Source: an uncultured Methanoregula sp. (GTDB lineage: Archaea > Halobacteriota > Methanomicrobia > Methanomicrobiales > Methanospirillaceae). From it: DNA of 64,000 nt. Shown here in pieces: positions 36,888 to 46,700 of this stretch. The number at the start of each line of letters is the position of its first letter. The stretch's first letter is position 1. Under the pieces are notes generated by a model that was not told the origin of the DNA, ran no database searches, and saw only the letters and a list, made by a program, of their open reading frames with translations. The DNA is taken from contig CAYPEQ010000007.1 of NCBI GenBank assembly GCA_964409915.1, positions 3,386 to 67,385 on the forward strand, in the 5' to 3' direction. The translations under genes were made by a program, and so were the position numbers.

Positions 36888-37197
36888 AAACCCGGCAATT
36901 TTCCTAGAGTGAGTTCTCCCATTATCACTGATACCTTTATTATCCTATCACTAAAATGCGATAATGCTCATCAAAAGATTAACGCTTACATGAGCGTACG
37001 TCCCCGCTAACATGCACCTGCTTTTGATATATAAAAAATGAAAATAATTTCGGCAGAAATATATCCCTTAAAAAAAGGATTGAATTATCCTCGAAGTGGA
37101 CGTTACTGTATTATGTCAATCTTTATTCCCATGAAGAAATCCCGGGGACATCTAATATGAGGGTATCTGGCAGCTATTGGATTTGGGTGTGAAAAAC

Positions 37198-39255
37198 ATG
37201 AGTGAAACAATCGGGCGGTTCACACACAGGAGCGCATTCATCCTGAGTATTGTTGTTATCATGGCTTTAGCGGCGGGTATCGGAGTGCCGGCAGGTGCAT
37301 ATGCTGTTCCGACGGTTACTGGCATTTCTCCGAACTCCGGCCCCATGAACGGTGGCAACACGGTCACCATTACCGGGTCGGGTTTTACCGGAGCGACGGC
37401 TGTAAATTTCTTCAATTATGGCGTCTCAGAAGCCGAAGGCTCCCAAAGCGCATCGGCGACCAATGTGAAGGTGATCAGTGATGCAATGATCACTGTTACC
37501 GCACCACCGGTGCCACCTGCTGTCCAGTTTGCACAACAAGACGGGGGAGGGGCGGCTATGGTGGACGTCACCGTTACCAATCCCGCTGGTACTTCAGCAT
37601 ATTTGCATTCCTCTACCACCCAAATTTACTTCTATGTTGAGCCCCCGGCGGTTACCAGCATCTCACCGGCATCCGGCCTGAGTGGTGATACGGTGACCAT
37701 CTCCGGCAGTGGCTTTTCCAATGGAATTAACGATGCCAATGTGAATGCTGTTATGTTCGGCAGCACACCGGCCATCTCGTTCACGTATGTTAACGACGGT
37801 GAAATCACCGCCATTGCCCCGTCTCAGGCTACCGGAACCGTTGACGTTACCGTCACAACCCCCGGTGGTACATCGGCAACATCCAAAGGTGACCGATTCT
37901 TCTTTGGATCACTCCCGGTCATTACTAGCATCACGCCGAACTACGGCCCATTGAACGGTGGCAACACGGTAACCATTTCCGGGTCGGGTTTTACCGGAAC
38001 GACTGCAGTAAATTTCTTCAATTATGGTGTCTCAGCAGCCGAAGGCTCCCAAAGCGCATGGGCGACCAATGTGAAGGTGGTCAGTGATGCAGTGATCACC
38101 GTGACCGCACCGGCGATACCACCGGCGGTTCAATTTGCGCAAGAAAACGGTGAAAGCTCGGCTATCGTGGACGTCACCGTCACCAATCCCGCTGGCACTT
38201 CAGCATATTTGCATTCCTCTACCACCCCAATCTACTACTATGGTGAACCCCCAGCAACTACGTCCACCAACATTATCTACCAGTTTTTTGGAGGTATTAC
38301 CAGAGACTTTTCCCTACTGACCGGCTCGGGTGGTACATCAACGCCCACCGTAACCGGCAACGGTTCCGTCATCCAACCCCCGAAAAGCATTTTGGACCAG
38401 ATTGCCGGAACATTTCGGGATTTTTCTTCCGGCGTGCTAACGGAAACAGGTATCATTCACCCCACAGTTATTGCCCCGGTTTTACAGAATACCGGTGCGG
38501 GTAATACACCATCACCTTCAGTAACCGAAGGGGGTTCCCGACCAGATACGGGTGGCATTTCTGTTCGATCCAACCCGGCCGGTGCTGAAATCCTCCTCGA
38601 CGGTACCGATACGGGGGACGTGACCCCGTTCATGTTACGCGACATCCATCCAGGTGATTACGTCGTAACTCTATCCCTCACCGGCTATGACCCCGCAAAC
38701 ATGTCGGTAACAGTGAGAGCAGATGAGACGGCGATAGTCAGTAGTACACTAACGTCATCACAGGAACAACCGACTGCCTCCGGGACCACCGGCGTAGTAA
38801 GACCTGGAGACCACCATATCGTCGTTACAGAAACGTTTGCTCCCAATCCCGGAGTCCCCACAGAGACAGCGTCTCCGGTGAACTACATCAATCCGGGTGA
38901 CCATATCGCTAATGTCAACCACCCCGTATTTACCCCGGCTTCCGGTCCAGCAGTTACCGGCATCTCACCGTCATCCGGCTCGACTGCCGGAGGTGACTCG
39001 ATATCCATAACCGGAACAGGCTTTACCGGAGCGACTGCAGTAAGTTTTGGCGGCACACCGGCAACCTCGTTTACCGTTACCAGCGATGCAATGATCACCG
39101 CGGTCTCCCCGGCCGGTTCAGCTGGATTGGTTGATATCACGGTCACCTCTTCCGCCGGAACATCGGCGACTGCAACAGCAGACGCATTCACCTATGTTGC
39201 CCCGGAGATCACTCCCAGCAACATCATTCATGAGGTGCCCCTTAAAGTCGTTTAA
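37198..39255 (+). CDS. Secreted multi-IPT/TIG-domain protein with a PEGA domain
   Basis: Signal AFILSIVVIMALAAGIGVPAGAYA. IPT-like modules repeat (P.VTGISP.SGP..GGNTVTITGSGFTG). A PEGA-like ISVRSNPAGAEILLDGTDTGDVTP..PGDYVVTLSLTGY is present. There is no C-terminal anchor. The longest ORF starts at TTG 37177. Confidence 0.75.
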   Translation: MSETIGRFTHRSAFILSIVVIMALAAGIGVPAGAYAVPTVTGISPNSGPMNGGNTVTITGSGFTGATAVNFFNYGVSEAEGSQSASATNVKVISDAMITVTAPPVPPAVQFAQQDGGGAAMVDVTVTNPAGTSAYLHSSTTQIYFYVEPPAVTSISPASGLSGDTVTISGSGFSNGINDANVNAVMFGSTPAISFTYVNDGEITAIAPSQATGTVDVTVTTPGGTSATSKGDRFFFGSLPVITSITPNYGPLNGGNTVTISGSGFTGTTAVNFFNYGVSAAEGSQSAWATNVKVVSDAVITVTAPAIPPAVQFAQENGESSAIVDVTVTNPAGTSAYLHSSTTPIYYYGEPPATTSTNIIYQFFGGITRDFSLLTGSGGTSTPTVTGNGSVIQPPKSILDQIAGTFRDFSSGVLTETGIIHPTVIAPVLQNTGAGNTPSPSVTEGGSRPDTGGISVRSNPAGAEILLDGTDTGDVTPFMLRDIHPGDYVVTLSLTGYDPANMSVTVRADETAIVSSTLTSSQEQPTASGTTGVVRPGDHHIVVTETFAPNPGVPTETASPVNYINPGDHIANVNHPVFTPASGPAVTGISPSSGSTAGGDSISITGTGFTGATAVSFGGTPATSFTVTSDAMITAVSPAGSAGLVDITVTSSAGTSATATADAFTYVAPEITPSNIIHEVPLKVV

Positions 39256-39357
39256 TAGGCTCTGTTGCGTCTGCGATTGGTGACCACGATTCCGGTAAAA
39301 AATCCTTAATCAACCGCTAATGCACCAGATCCGGATAAAATTGAGAGAGTGATTATG

Positions 39358-40221
39358 TCAGGATTTTCCTATCAGTGCTAGTCTCTGGCTAATCTGATAC
39401 AGCACATCCGAAACAATCTCCTCGCGACGGGTAATATCAACGATCCAAAACCGGATAGAGACCGTAGTTGCCGGTGGTTCGATGCCGGAGAGCAGAACCC
39501 TTGAGGGGAAGTGTTCGGGACATTTCTCCGGCAAAGACAATTCGCGGAGACGGGACACCAGCATTTTTCCCGGGGTGTCAATCTTATGTTCGGGTTTGAT
39601 ATTGGGCAGGATTTCCGGATGGGCAGCTAGTAGTGCAAGGATAGTTTCGCGTGCCTGAGCAAAGGAAACAGCCGGTGGAAGTGACAGCGTCACGGGGATC
39701 TCGATATAACCTGATTGTGAGTAATTGACAATTTTTGAGGATAGTAATGCAGAATTGGGCAGGATAAAGACCCGGCCATCGCGATCTTTTAGAGTCGTAC
39801 GTGAAAAGGTCATATCCTGAACCTGGGCAATACCCGTCTCGGGTTCATTACCGAGTTCTACCCAATCGTCAAGCTCAACGGTATGATTAATGGCAATGAT
39901 GAACCCGGCGAGCAGGTTTGAGATGATCTGCTGGGAAGCAAACGCGAGAGCTATACTGAGTATCCCCAGCGAGGCGAATGTTGCACTGACATCAAACCCG
40001 AGAAATGCGAGGTCGCAGTAATACAGGCCAATGCCAAAAATAATATAGCCGACAACTCGTGCTGTCCAGCGGGCAACCGATCGGCTGTACAATCGTGTCA
40101 GCACAACGGACACGGTCTTATAGCAAAGGTAGGACAGAAAAATAACGACGATGGTTGCGGCGGTAAAGATGATAAAGTTCTCAAGGGGGACATTGCCGAT
40201 GAGGATCTGCGTACCGCTCAT
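39358..40221 (-). CDS. Small-conductance mechanosensitive channel (MscS family)
   Basis: ALAFASQQIISNLLAGFIIAINHTVELDDWVELG..RDGRVFILPNS. GGAGTGAT sits 4 nt before ATG 40221. Confidence 0.85.
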   Translation of the reverse strand: MSGTQILIGNVPLENFIIFTAATIVVIFLSYLCYKTVSVVLTRLYSRSVARWTARVVGYIIFGIGLYYCDLAFLGFDVSATFASLGILSIALAFASQQIISNLLAGFIIAINHTVELDDWVELGNEPETGIAQVQDMTFSRTTLKDRDGRVFILPNSALLSSKIVNYSQSGYIEIPVTLSLPPAVSFAQARETILALLAAHPEILPNIKPEHKIDTPGKMLVSRLRELSLPEKCPEHFPSRVLLSGIEPPATTVSIRFWIVDITRREEIVSDVLYQISQRLALIGKS

Positions 40222-40306
40222 AAGTATCACTCCACGGTGAATAGTAAAAAGCTAATCACGGTAGAGGACCAAATGCAAACAGTTATCTGCCAAATCAATC
40301 ATAAAA

Positions 40307-40537
40307 TCATGCCTTTGGATATACCATTTTCCATATCATGATAATGATACCACACCAGATTACAAAGCCAGTCATGAATAAAAAACGCAGATCTTCCAGT
40401 GGATGAATCTGGGTCAGGCTCGCACCATTCACAAGGGCATCAACCCATAAATTGCCAAACATGCTGAGACCGCCCCCTAAAAGCACACCAAGTAAAAGTG
40501 CCCGAAGAAATTCATTATAAGATTCCATAGTAAACAT
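40307..40537 (-). CDS. Small membrane protein (2 TM)
   Basis: 76 aa with two hydrophobic helices. I recognise no family. Confidence 0.4.
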   Translation of the reverse strand: MFTMESYNEFLRALLLGVLLGGGLSMFGNLWVDALVNGASLTQIHPLEDLRFLFMTGFVIWCGIIIMIWKMVYPKA

Positions 40538-40740
40538 TCACCATTTGATAATTGTGTTTTATTCAATATATTTGGTGCCTTTTGAGGTTTAAGCGCGTTA
40601 CAGAAATGAGGGGATATTGATCTTACGACGAGAAAATGTCCTTTGGTTTCCATTAACGGGGAAAAACTGTACGCTGCCGGATGAGCATATACTGAAAATA
40701 AAGGGCAATTATTATCATTTATAAAACGCATTTTGGATAC

Positions 40741-41598
40741 ATGAAACACATTTACGGTGTTTTCCTGTTATTTGTGCTGCTTATAGGACTGCTTTTCATG
40801 GCCGGATGTACGAGTTCGACATCTCAATCCACATCGACTCCCGTGGCAACACCAACAACGCAGGTTGTTACGACAACGGCTACACCAACGGTGGTCGTTA
40901 CAACTGCGACGCAGGTTATACCCACACTAACCGTGCCATCTATGAACTACAGTGCTAACCAGGTTGACAGCCATTTCCAGGATATTGCATTTACGAGCAA
41001 AACACAGACGCTCGGACAGTTGAGTGCAACGGGAAATAAGGTTGCTATTACGGGATTGTACAACGATAACGACGTAAGCACATTGAGTTCCTTCCTGCTG
41101 GAATTTAACACACTTGCTCCGGCAGCACAGTTACCGACGACACCGATCCAGTCAGGTACCGGTGGCGACATCATCTTGAACTTCCTGCCGGAATCATCCC
41201 TGAATAATCTTGCACAGCAACAGCCGACCGTCGGCAGGGTTAACAAAGAGAGTTCCGGGGAAATAGCATCAATTTACGAAACGGCTACCAGTTTAGGAGG
41301 TAATGCAACCTACGAGGCCACATCGCGATCCGGAACGGTAATCATCAACAATAATTTAACCGGTGATGAGCGGACACATTACATGATACGCGGTCTTCTC
41401 TATTATCTCGGATTTGTCGGCCAGACCACAGCCTATAATGATAGCATATTCTACGCCGGACAAAATAACACGACAGCACCGGATGGTATTGACTGGCAGG
41501 CTATCGATGTAATGTATGCTGGAAATGTAACGACCGGCATGACCTACAACAATGTAAACAACGTCCTGCATGGTTTGCCGGTAAATACCGGCTTCTAG
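40741..41598 (+). CDS. Secreted lipobox protein, function unknown
   Basis: The signal is LLFVLLIGLLFMAGCTSS, followed by a Thr-rich linker and a ~220-aa globular part. Confidence 0.6.
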   Translation: MKHIYGVFLLFVLLIGLLFMAGCTSSTSQSTSTPVATPTTQVVTTTATPTVVVTTATQVIPTLTVPSMNYSANQVDSHFQDIAFTSKTQTLGQLSATGNKVAITGLYNDNDVSTLSSFLLEFNTLAPAAQLPTTPIQSGTGGDIILNFLPESSLNNLAQQQPTVGRVNKESSGEIASIYETATSLGGNATYEATSRSGTVIINNNLTGDERTHYMIRGLLYYLGFVGQTTAYNDSIFYAGQNNTTAPDGIDWQAIDVMYAGNVTTGMTYNNVNNVLHGLPVNTGF

Positions 41599-41650
41599 AA
41601 AAAATAGAGAAATAATTCCTTTTTTTATTCTGGAAAAATGCTGTCCGGTA

Positions 41651-41809
41651 TTATAACCAGAACAACAACAACCCGCCAATCACCAGAAGAATGGCAACCA
41701 GGATGAGAAGCGGAATAATCAATACTACTATTGCAAAAAGCATCAGCAGTGCAAGGATAAGACCAAGTGCCAAAAACCCGATGCCAATGAATCCGAGAAG
41801 TCCAATCAT
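41651..41809 (-). CDS. Possible 52-aa hydrophobic peptide
   Basis: An internal ATG of ORF 41651-41965 gives MIGLLGFIGIGFLALGLILALLMLFAIVVLIIPLLILVAILLVIGGLLLFWL. There is no clear RBS. Confidence 0.3.
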   Translation of the reverse strand: MIGLLGFIGIGFLALGLILALLMLFAIVVLIIPLLILVAILLVIGGLLLFWL

Positions 41810-41963
41810 TTCTTTATTGCCCCGTCTTGTACTTGTTGGATAGCGAAGAATAAAGGGTTGATGATGACCCGTTCTCAAACACCGGATATGCACTATCGCT
41901 ATGTTTTTCTTTCGAATTGCGAATAATGTTTCCACAATTTCAAAAACAGGAGGTGCCTGTTCC

Positions 41964-42329
41964 ATGCCGAAACGTATTGATTCCGGGACGCCGGAGGGAG
42001 AGGCAATCGGATTTTCTGATACCCTCTTCTCCGGCTGGCTTGAGATCTATGATGACTGCAGGCTCTATCTCTATTACATCATATCACGGTTCAAGGACAA
42101 AGGCAATACCCAGGATCTTATCAGGAGGTGGCTGCGGGACGGATATGATATCCGGATCGTTATACCGTGTCCAATCATGCAGCATATCATTGGTAAGTTC
42201 GGGTTTGAACAAGCCATGGAGTATCTTCCTGCCCATTATGAGGACGAGGTTGAAGTCTGGCGCCGGCCTTCCCCGCTGGAAACGATTACGTACAGTGCCA
42301 ACAGCCGGTCCAAGGTGCATTCCCGATAG
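41964..42329 (+). CDS. Hypothetical 121-aa protein (weakly GNAT-like)
   Basis: GGAGGTG at 41948-41954 precedes ATG 41964. Composition is balanced, unlike the two overlapping frames. A terminator-like hairpin + T6 follows at 42406-42426. Confidence 0.55.
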   Translation: MPKRIDSGTPEGEAIGFSDTLFSGWLEIYDDCRLYLYYIISRFKDKGNTQDLIRRWLRDGYDIRIVIPCPIMQHIIGKFGFEQAMEYLPAHYEDEVEVWRRPSPLETITYSANSRSKVHSR

Positions 42330-42405
42330 GGAAGATGCAAAATTGGACAACCTTGTTAAAACAGGTATATGCCCTACCCTTTTCGTCAGGAGCTCATCTG
42401 ATTGT

Positions 42406-42426
42406 GCATGCCCGGCATGCTTTTTT
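42406..42426 (+). terminator. Inverted repeat GCATGCC-C-GGCATGC followed by T6
   Basis: Read directly from the sequence. It lies between the hypothetical gene and recQ. Confidence 0.5.
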
Positions 42427-42517
42427 AGTTTCACCCCCCGCTCCTGATGGTTCATATGGGACAGCAGTCAAGTTTTCTTCCAACCAGTCGTTGTTTACAC
42501 CGGTATGAGAAATTTCT

Positions 42518-43837
42518 ATGACAACCTCAAAACGTCAGGCAAAGAAACGACACGAGACGCCCCTTAACCTGCTCAGGAAATACTGGGGCTATGCCACATT
42601 TCTGCCTCTTCAGGAGTCAATAATCAACGCGGTCCTTGCAGGACAGGATACCTTGGCCATTCTTGCCACCGGGAGCGGAAAATCGATCTGCTACCAGGTA
42701 CCAGGGTTGTGTCTCGGTGGTCTCACCGTTGTCATCTCACCACTCATTGCGCTTATGAAAGACCAGGCCGATGATCTTAATGCCCGGGGGATACTGGCAG
42801 CTGCCTGCACCGGAACACTCGATTATCGCGAGCGTGCAAAAGTCATCACCGACATAAAAGAAGGAAGACTGCAGTTCCTGTTTATCTCCCCGGAAAAAGC
42901 CACGCAGGCCGGTTTTCTTGAGATCCTCACAACAGCACCAGTCCATCTCATTGCCATCGATGAAGCCCACTGCATCTCGGAATGGGGGCACTATTTCCGG
43001 CCTGAGTACCGAAAACTGGCCCGGTTCAGGGACTATTTCCCGGGTGTACCGGTCATTGCCCTTACGGCAACTGCAATTCCTGAAGTCAGGAAGGACATCT
43101 GCCGGCAGCTCGGGCTTGTCCACGTCCAGGAATTCGTAGGCAGTTTTAACCGGGAGAATCTTACCTACAAGGTAACCGAAAAGAAAAACCCGCTTATCCT
43201 TATCACCGATATACTCAGCCGGCATAAAAACGAACCGGGGATCATCTACTGCATGAGCAGGAAAACAACCGTGGAGTTGACCGGGGAGCTCCGTAAGAAG
43301 GGATTTACGGCACGTGCCTATAACGCAGGCATTTCCGCGCCGGTGAGGGCAGGCATCCAGGATGCATTTCTGAACAACACCGTGCAGATCATATGTGCCA
43401 CTGTTGCGTTCGGCATGGGGATCGATAAGCCCGATGTCCGGTTTGTTGTTCATTATGATCTCCCCAAAACCATCGAGTCCTATTACCAGGAGACCGGCCG
43501 GGCAGGCCGGGACGGGAAGCCTGCTGAATGCATTCTCTTCCACAGCAAGACCGATGTGGAGAAAATCCGGAACTTGTTGTCCTATGGTTGCAAGAACAGC
43601 CAGACGGTCAAAATGGCACGGGATAAATTCCGCGATCTATGCCATTTCTGCGAGATCACCTCGTGTAAAAGGAGTTTTCTGCTAGCTTATTTTGGGGAAG
43701 GTCAGGGCCCTGACGGTTGTGCGATATGTGAGACCTGTATGCATCCAAACATACCTGCGGGCAAGGTCATCAGTCATAAAAAAGTGCGGAGTTATCGTGG
43801 GAGAATTGCTTGCGCCAATCCGGTCCCTGCCAGCTGA
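42518..43837 (+). CDS. recQ: RecQ-family ATP-dependent DNA helicase (short form, no HRDC)
   Basis: Motifs FLPLQESIINAVLAG.DTLAILATGSGKS and DEAHCISEWGHYFRPEY, the helicase C domain, and the Zn-binding CHFCE..C..CAICETC. Confidence 0.9.
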   Translation: MTTSKRQAKKRHETPLNLLRKYWGYATFLPLQESIINAVLAGQDTLAILATGSGKSICYQVPGLCLGGLTVVISPLIALMKDQADDLNARGILAAACTGTLDYRERAKVITDIKEGRLQFLFISPEKATQAGFLEILTTAPVHLIAIDEAHCISEWGHYFRPEYRKLARFRDYFPGVPVIALTATAIPEVRKDICRQLGLVHVQEFVGSFNRENLTYKVTEKKNPLILITDILSRHKNEPGIIYCMSRKTTVELTGELRKKGFTARAYNAGISAPVRAGIQDAFLNNTVQIICATVAFGMGIDKPDVRFVVHYDLPKTIESYYQETGRAGRDGKPAECILFHSKTDVEKIRNLLSYGCKNSQTVKMARDKFRDLCHFCEITSCKRSFLLAYFGEGQGPDGCAICETCMHPNIPAGKVISHKKVRSYRGRIACANPVPAS

Positions 43838-43898
43838 CCAGAGGTCTTACCCGATACCGAGCGTTTAAAAAGGCTGCATCCGGATAGTTCTTTTAGGA

Positions 43899-45452
43899 AT
43901 GATCGATACTGCAAACCTTCCCGAAAATCCCGGCTGTTATCTCTATGCAGACGAGAACGGAACAATCATTTATGTCGGGAAGGCAAAGAACCTCAAAAAA
44001 AGAGTGTCGAGTTACTTCACTAAAAAAGATCATGACGCCAAGACCAGGAGCCTCGTTGCCCATATCGCATCAGTCGATGTTGTAGTCACCGATAACGAGA
44101 CCGAAGCATTCCTTCTTGAAAATACGCTTATCAAAAAACACCAGCCGAAGTATAATATCGACTTAAAAGATGCCAAGCGCTATGCATGGATAGAACTGAC
44201 CCTGGAGAAGTACCCGCGACTGGTGATCGCCCGCCGGGCAACCGGGGACGGGACCTTTTTTGGACCTTTTGTCTCCGCAGCGGAACGCGATCACGTACTT
44301 AATGTCGCAAAAAAAATATTTCATCTTCGGACCTGTAAAAAACTCCCAAAACGCCCGTGCCTCCGGCTGCATCTGCAGTCCTGCAGTGCCCCCTGCACTG
44401 GCACAGTAAGCCTTGAGGATTACGAAGAGAATGTCAAAAAAGCCTCACTCCTGCTCAAGGGGAAATCTACCGAGTTGCTTTCCAGGCTCCGTAACGAGAT
44501 GACTACCCGGGCTGAAGAGAAAGAATACGAACGGGCTCTTGTGTTACGGAATGAAATTACTGCTATCGAACACCTTGCCGAACGTCAACAGGTAGAGCGC
44601 CGGCGCACATACGACCAGGATGTTATTGCATGGCAGGTCACTGAGGGAAAGGTCTACCTTCTCGTATTCAATGTTGAACGGGGAGCTCTCGCAAACAAAG
44701 AGGAATTCACCTTCGATACCGGAGAAGATTTCTTCGAAGAGTTCCTTGTCCAGTATTATTCTGACCGCGAACCCCCAAAAGAATTGATCCTTGATCACGA
44801 GACTGATCCGGCCCTTGCATCATTCCTTTCGGTAAAAAAAGGACAGCAGGTAGAAATTGTTGTTCCCAAGAGGGGAGATAAACGATTATTGCTCGACCTT
44901 GCCAAAAAGAACCTCGAAATTGCGTTCTTCCGCGATATCCTGAAAAGTGTTGAACTGGGGGCGGCCCTTAACATGCCTTTTGCACCTTCGGTAATCGAAT
45001 GCTTTGATATATCCCATCTCGCCGGTACGGCCATGGTCGGGTCAATGGTGCAGTTTCGGGACGGAAAACCGGATAAAAGCAACTACCGGCGTTTTAAGAT
45101 CAAGACGGTAGAAGGCATTGACGATTTTGCATCCATAGCAGAGATTGTAAAAAGGAGGTATAAACGTCTCGCTGATGAGCAGGCCCCGTTTCCGGACCTT
45201 GTGATTATTGACGGCGGGAAAGGGCAGCTTTCAGCGGCCCGGGATGCTTTGGCCACACTTGGATCTGCAAATCTGCCGGTTATCGCTATTGCAAAACGAG
45301 AAGAAGAAATCTATATGCCCGATGATGATTTCCCCCTTAGGCTTGATAAGAAAAGCATTGCGCTTCGCTACGTTCAGGAGATAAGAGACGAGGCTCACCG
45401 GTTTGCAATTACCTATAACCGGCTACTGAGAAAAAAGAAAGTTATAACCTGA
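43899..45452 (+). CDS. uvrC: Excinuclease ABC subunit C (lacks the C-terminal helix-hairpin-helix domain)
   Basis: GIY-YIG N-terminus GCYLYADENGTIIYVGKAKNLKKRVSSYF, UVR motif, DGGKGQ endonuclease domain. It ends about 80 aa after DGGKGQ at ..EAHRFAITYNRLLRKKKVIT. Confidence 0.9.
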   Translation: MIDTANLPENPGCYLYADENGTIIYVGKAKNLKKRVSSYFTKKDHDAKTRSLVAHIASVDVVVTDNETEAFLLENTLIKKHQPKYNIDLKDAKRYAWIELTLEKYPRLVIARRATGDGTFFGPFVSAAERDHVLNVAKKIFHLRTCKKLPKRPCLRLHLQSCSAPCTGTVSLEDYEENVKKASLLLKGKSTELLSRLRNEMTTRAEEKEYERALVLRNEITAIEHLAERQQVERRRTYDQDVIAWQVTEGKVYLLVFNVERGALANKEEFTFDTGEDFFEEFLVQYYSDREPPKELILDHETDPALASFLSVKKGQQVEIVVPKRGDKRLLLDLAKKNLEIAFFRDILKSVELGAALNMPFAPSVIECFDISHLAGTAMVGSMVQFRDGKPDKSNYRRFKIKTVEGIDDFASIAEIVKRRYKRLADEQAPFPDLVIIDGGKGQLSAARDALATLGSANLPVIAIAKREEEIYMPDDDFPLRLDKKSIALRYVQEIRDEAHRFAITYNRLLRKKKVIT

Positions 45453-45474
45453 TCGGACAAATGTTTACCACAGT

Positions 45475-45486
45475 TAAAAGTATTTA
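45475..45486 (+). promoter_or_regulatory. TATA-like element AAAAGTATTTAT upstream of the encapsulin operon
   Basis: An A/T box about 45 nt upstream of ATG 45531, which would leave a short leader containing GGAGGA (45521-45526). Confidence 0.3.
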
Positions 45487-45530
45487 TGCTTCCTGATATA
45501 CTATTGACGTAAAAGAAAACGGAGGATATC

Positions 45531-45902
45531 ATGCCAGACTTTTTCAACCCCTTTAGTGGCACCGTTCCGGATCGAAAACTGACTCAGGATGAACTGCTCA
45601 GAGCGATCCGACTCGATATAGCCGGAGAACTGGAAGCGATTCATGGCTATCTTTCCCATGCGGATGCTACGGATAATGCACTTGCAAAGGCTGTGCTCAC
45701 CGATATTGCAAACGAGGAACGCGTCCATGCCGGTGAACTTATCCGGCTACTGGGAATCCTCACGAATGGCGAGGAAGACCAGTATCTCTTGAAAGGAAAA
45801 CTTGAGGTGGACGCCACCCAAGCCGGGTTAAACGCTCCGGCTTCTGAGGCGACCGCAAAGGATGAACCGACAATTGGATCACTGAAAACGACAGGAGTGT
45901 AA
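45531..45902 (+). CDS. Encapsulated ferritin-like cargo protein (EncFtn-type) with C-terminal encapsulin targeting peptide
   Basis: IAGELEAIHGYLSHADATDNALAKAVLTDIANEERVHAGELIRLL has two helices with ExxH-type iron ligands, as in EncFtn. A flexible tail ends in DEPTIGSLKTTGV, matching the (I/L)GSLK cargo-loading motif. Confidence 0.8.
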   Translation: MPDFFNPFSGTVPDRKLTQDELLRAIRLDIAGELEAIHGYLSHADATDNALAKAVLTDIANEERVHAGELIRLLGILTNGEEDQYLLKGKLEVDATQAGLNAPASEATAKDEPTIGSLKTTGV

Positions 45903-45905
45903 ATT

Positions 45906-46694
45906 ATGGCAAATACCTATCTTGGACGAGACGACGCACCGATTGAAGCGGCCACATGGAAATTGATCGACGATGTGATGATACAGGCTGCAAAAAGCCA
46001 GATGACAGGCCGGAAGATCCTGCCCATTGAAGGGCCATTCGGGTTCGGTCTTAAGGTCATCCCGATGGGAGATTATACCATTGATGATGGGATCGTAGGA
46101 AGCACCGCGATTCCCGTGACGATGATCAGGACAGAATTTTCCCTTGCAAAACGGGATCTTGCTGCCTATGAACGCGACCACATTGTCCTGGACACTACCC
46201 CGGTAGCATGTGCGGCAATGGATGCGGCTGAAAAAGAAGACAGGATCCTCTTCTCGGGACTTCCGGGAATTGACGGCCTCCTCAATGCAGAGGGCGCAGG
46301 TTCACTTACTCTTACCAAGTGGGACAAAGTAGGCGCAGCAGCAGACCAGATTATCAATGCAGTCACAAAGCTTGACGAGGCAGGGTTCCATGGACCGTAC
46401 AGCATGGCACTTGCCCCGGCACTGTATAACCTGCTCTTCCGACGGTATCCCCAGGGGGATGGGACAGAACTCGATCATATCCGATCCATTGTCACCGATG
46501 GTGTCGTAAAGGCGCCGGCACTCAGGAAAGGTGGTGTCTTACTTGCCTCCGGCAGCCAGTACACATCTGTCGCTATCGGCCAAGACATGGTGACCGGGTT
46601 CAATGGACCTATAGGTGATCTCCTCGAGTTCCAGATTTATGAAAGCCTTGCTCTCCTTATCCGTGCACCTGAATCAATCCTTGTATTAAAGTAA
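45906..46694 (+). CDS. Family 1 encapsulin shell protein (Linocin_M18 / HK97 fold)
   Basis: 262 aa, colinear by eye with Thermotoga maritima encapsulin: TGRKILPIEGPFGFG, AEKEDRILFSG, FHGPYSMALAP, IGQDM and a C-terminus APESILVLK. It starts 4 nt after the cargo stop with AGGAG upstream. Confidence 0.85.
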   Translation: MANTYLGRDDAPIEAATWKLIDDVMIQAAKSQMTGRKILPIEGPFGFGLKVIPMGDYTIDDGIVGSTAIPVTMIRTEFSLAKRDLAAYERDHIVLDTTPVACAAMDAAEKEDRILFSGLPGIDGLLNAEGAGSLTLTKWDKVGAAADQIINAVTKLDEAGFHGPYSMALAPALYNLLFRRYPQGDGTELDHIRSIVTDGVVKAPALRKGGVLLASGSQYTSVAIGQDMVTGFNGPIGDLLEFQIYESLALLIRAPESILVLK

Positions 46695-46700
46695 CCAATC

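Noticed and set aside
41917-42455. Two long ORFs (41917-42447 +, 42084-42455 -) overlapping ORF 41964-42329.
   Set aside because: Both are Arg/Ser/Pro/Gly-rich, as is typical of off-frame translation. Only the 41964 frame has a GGAGGTG RBS and balanced composition.
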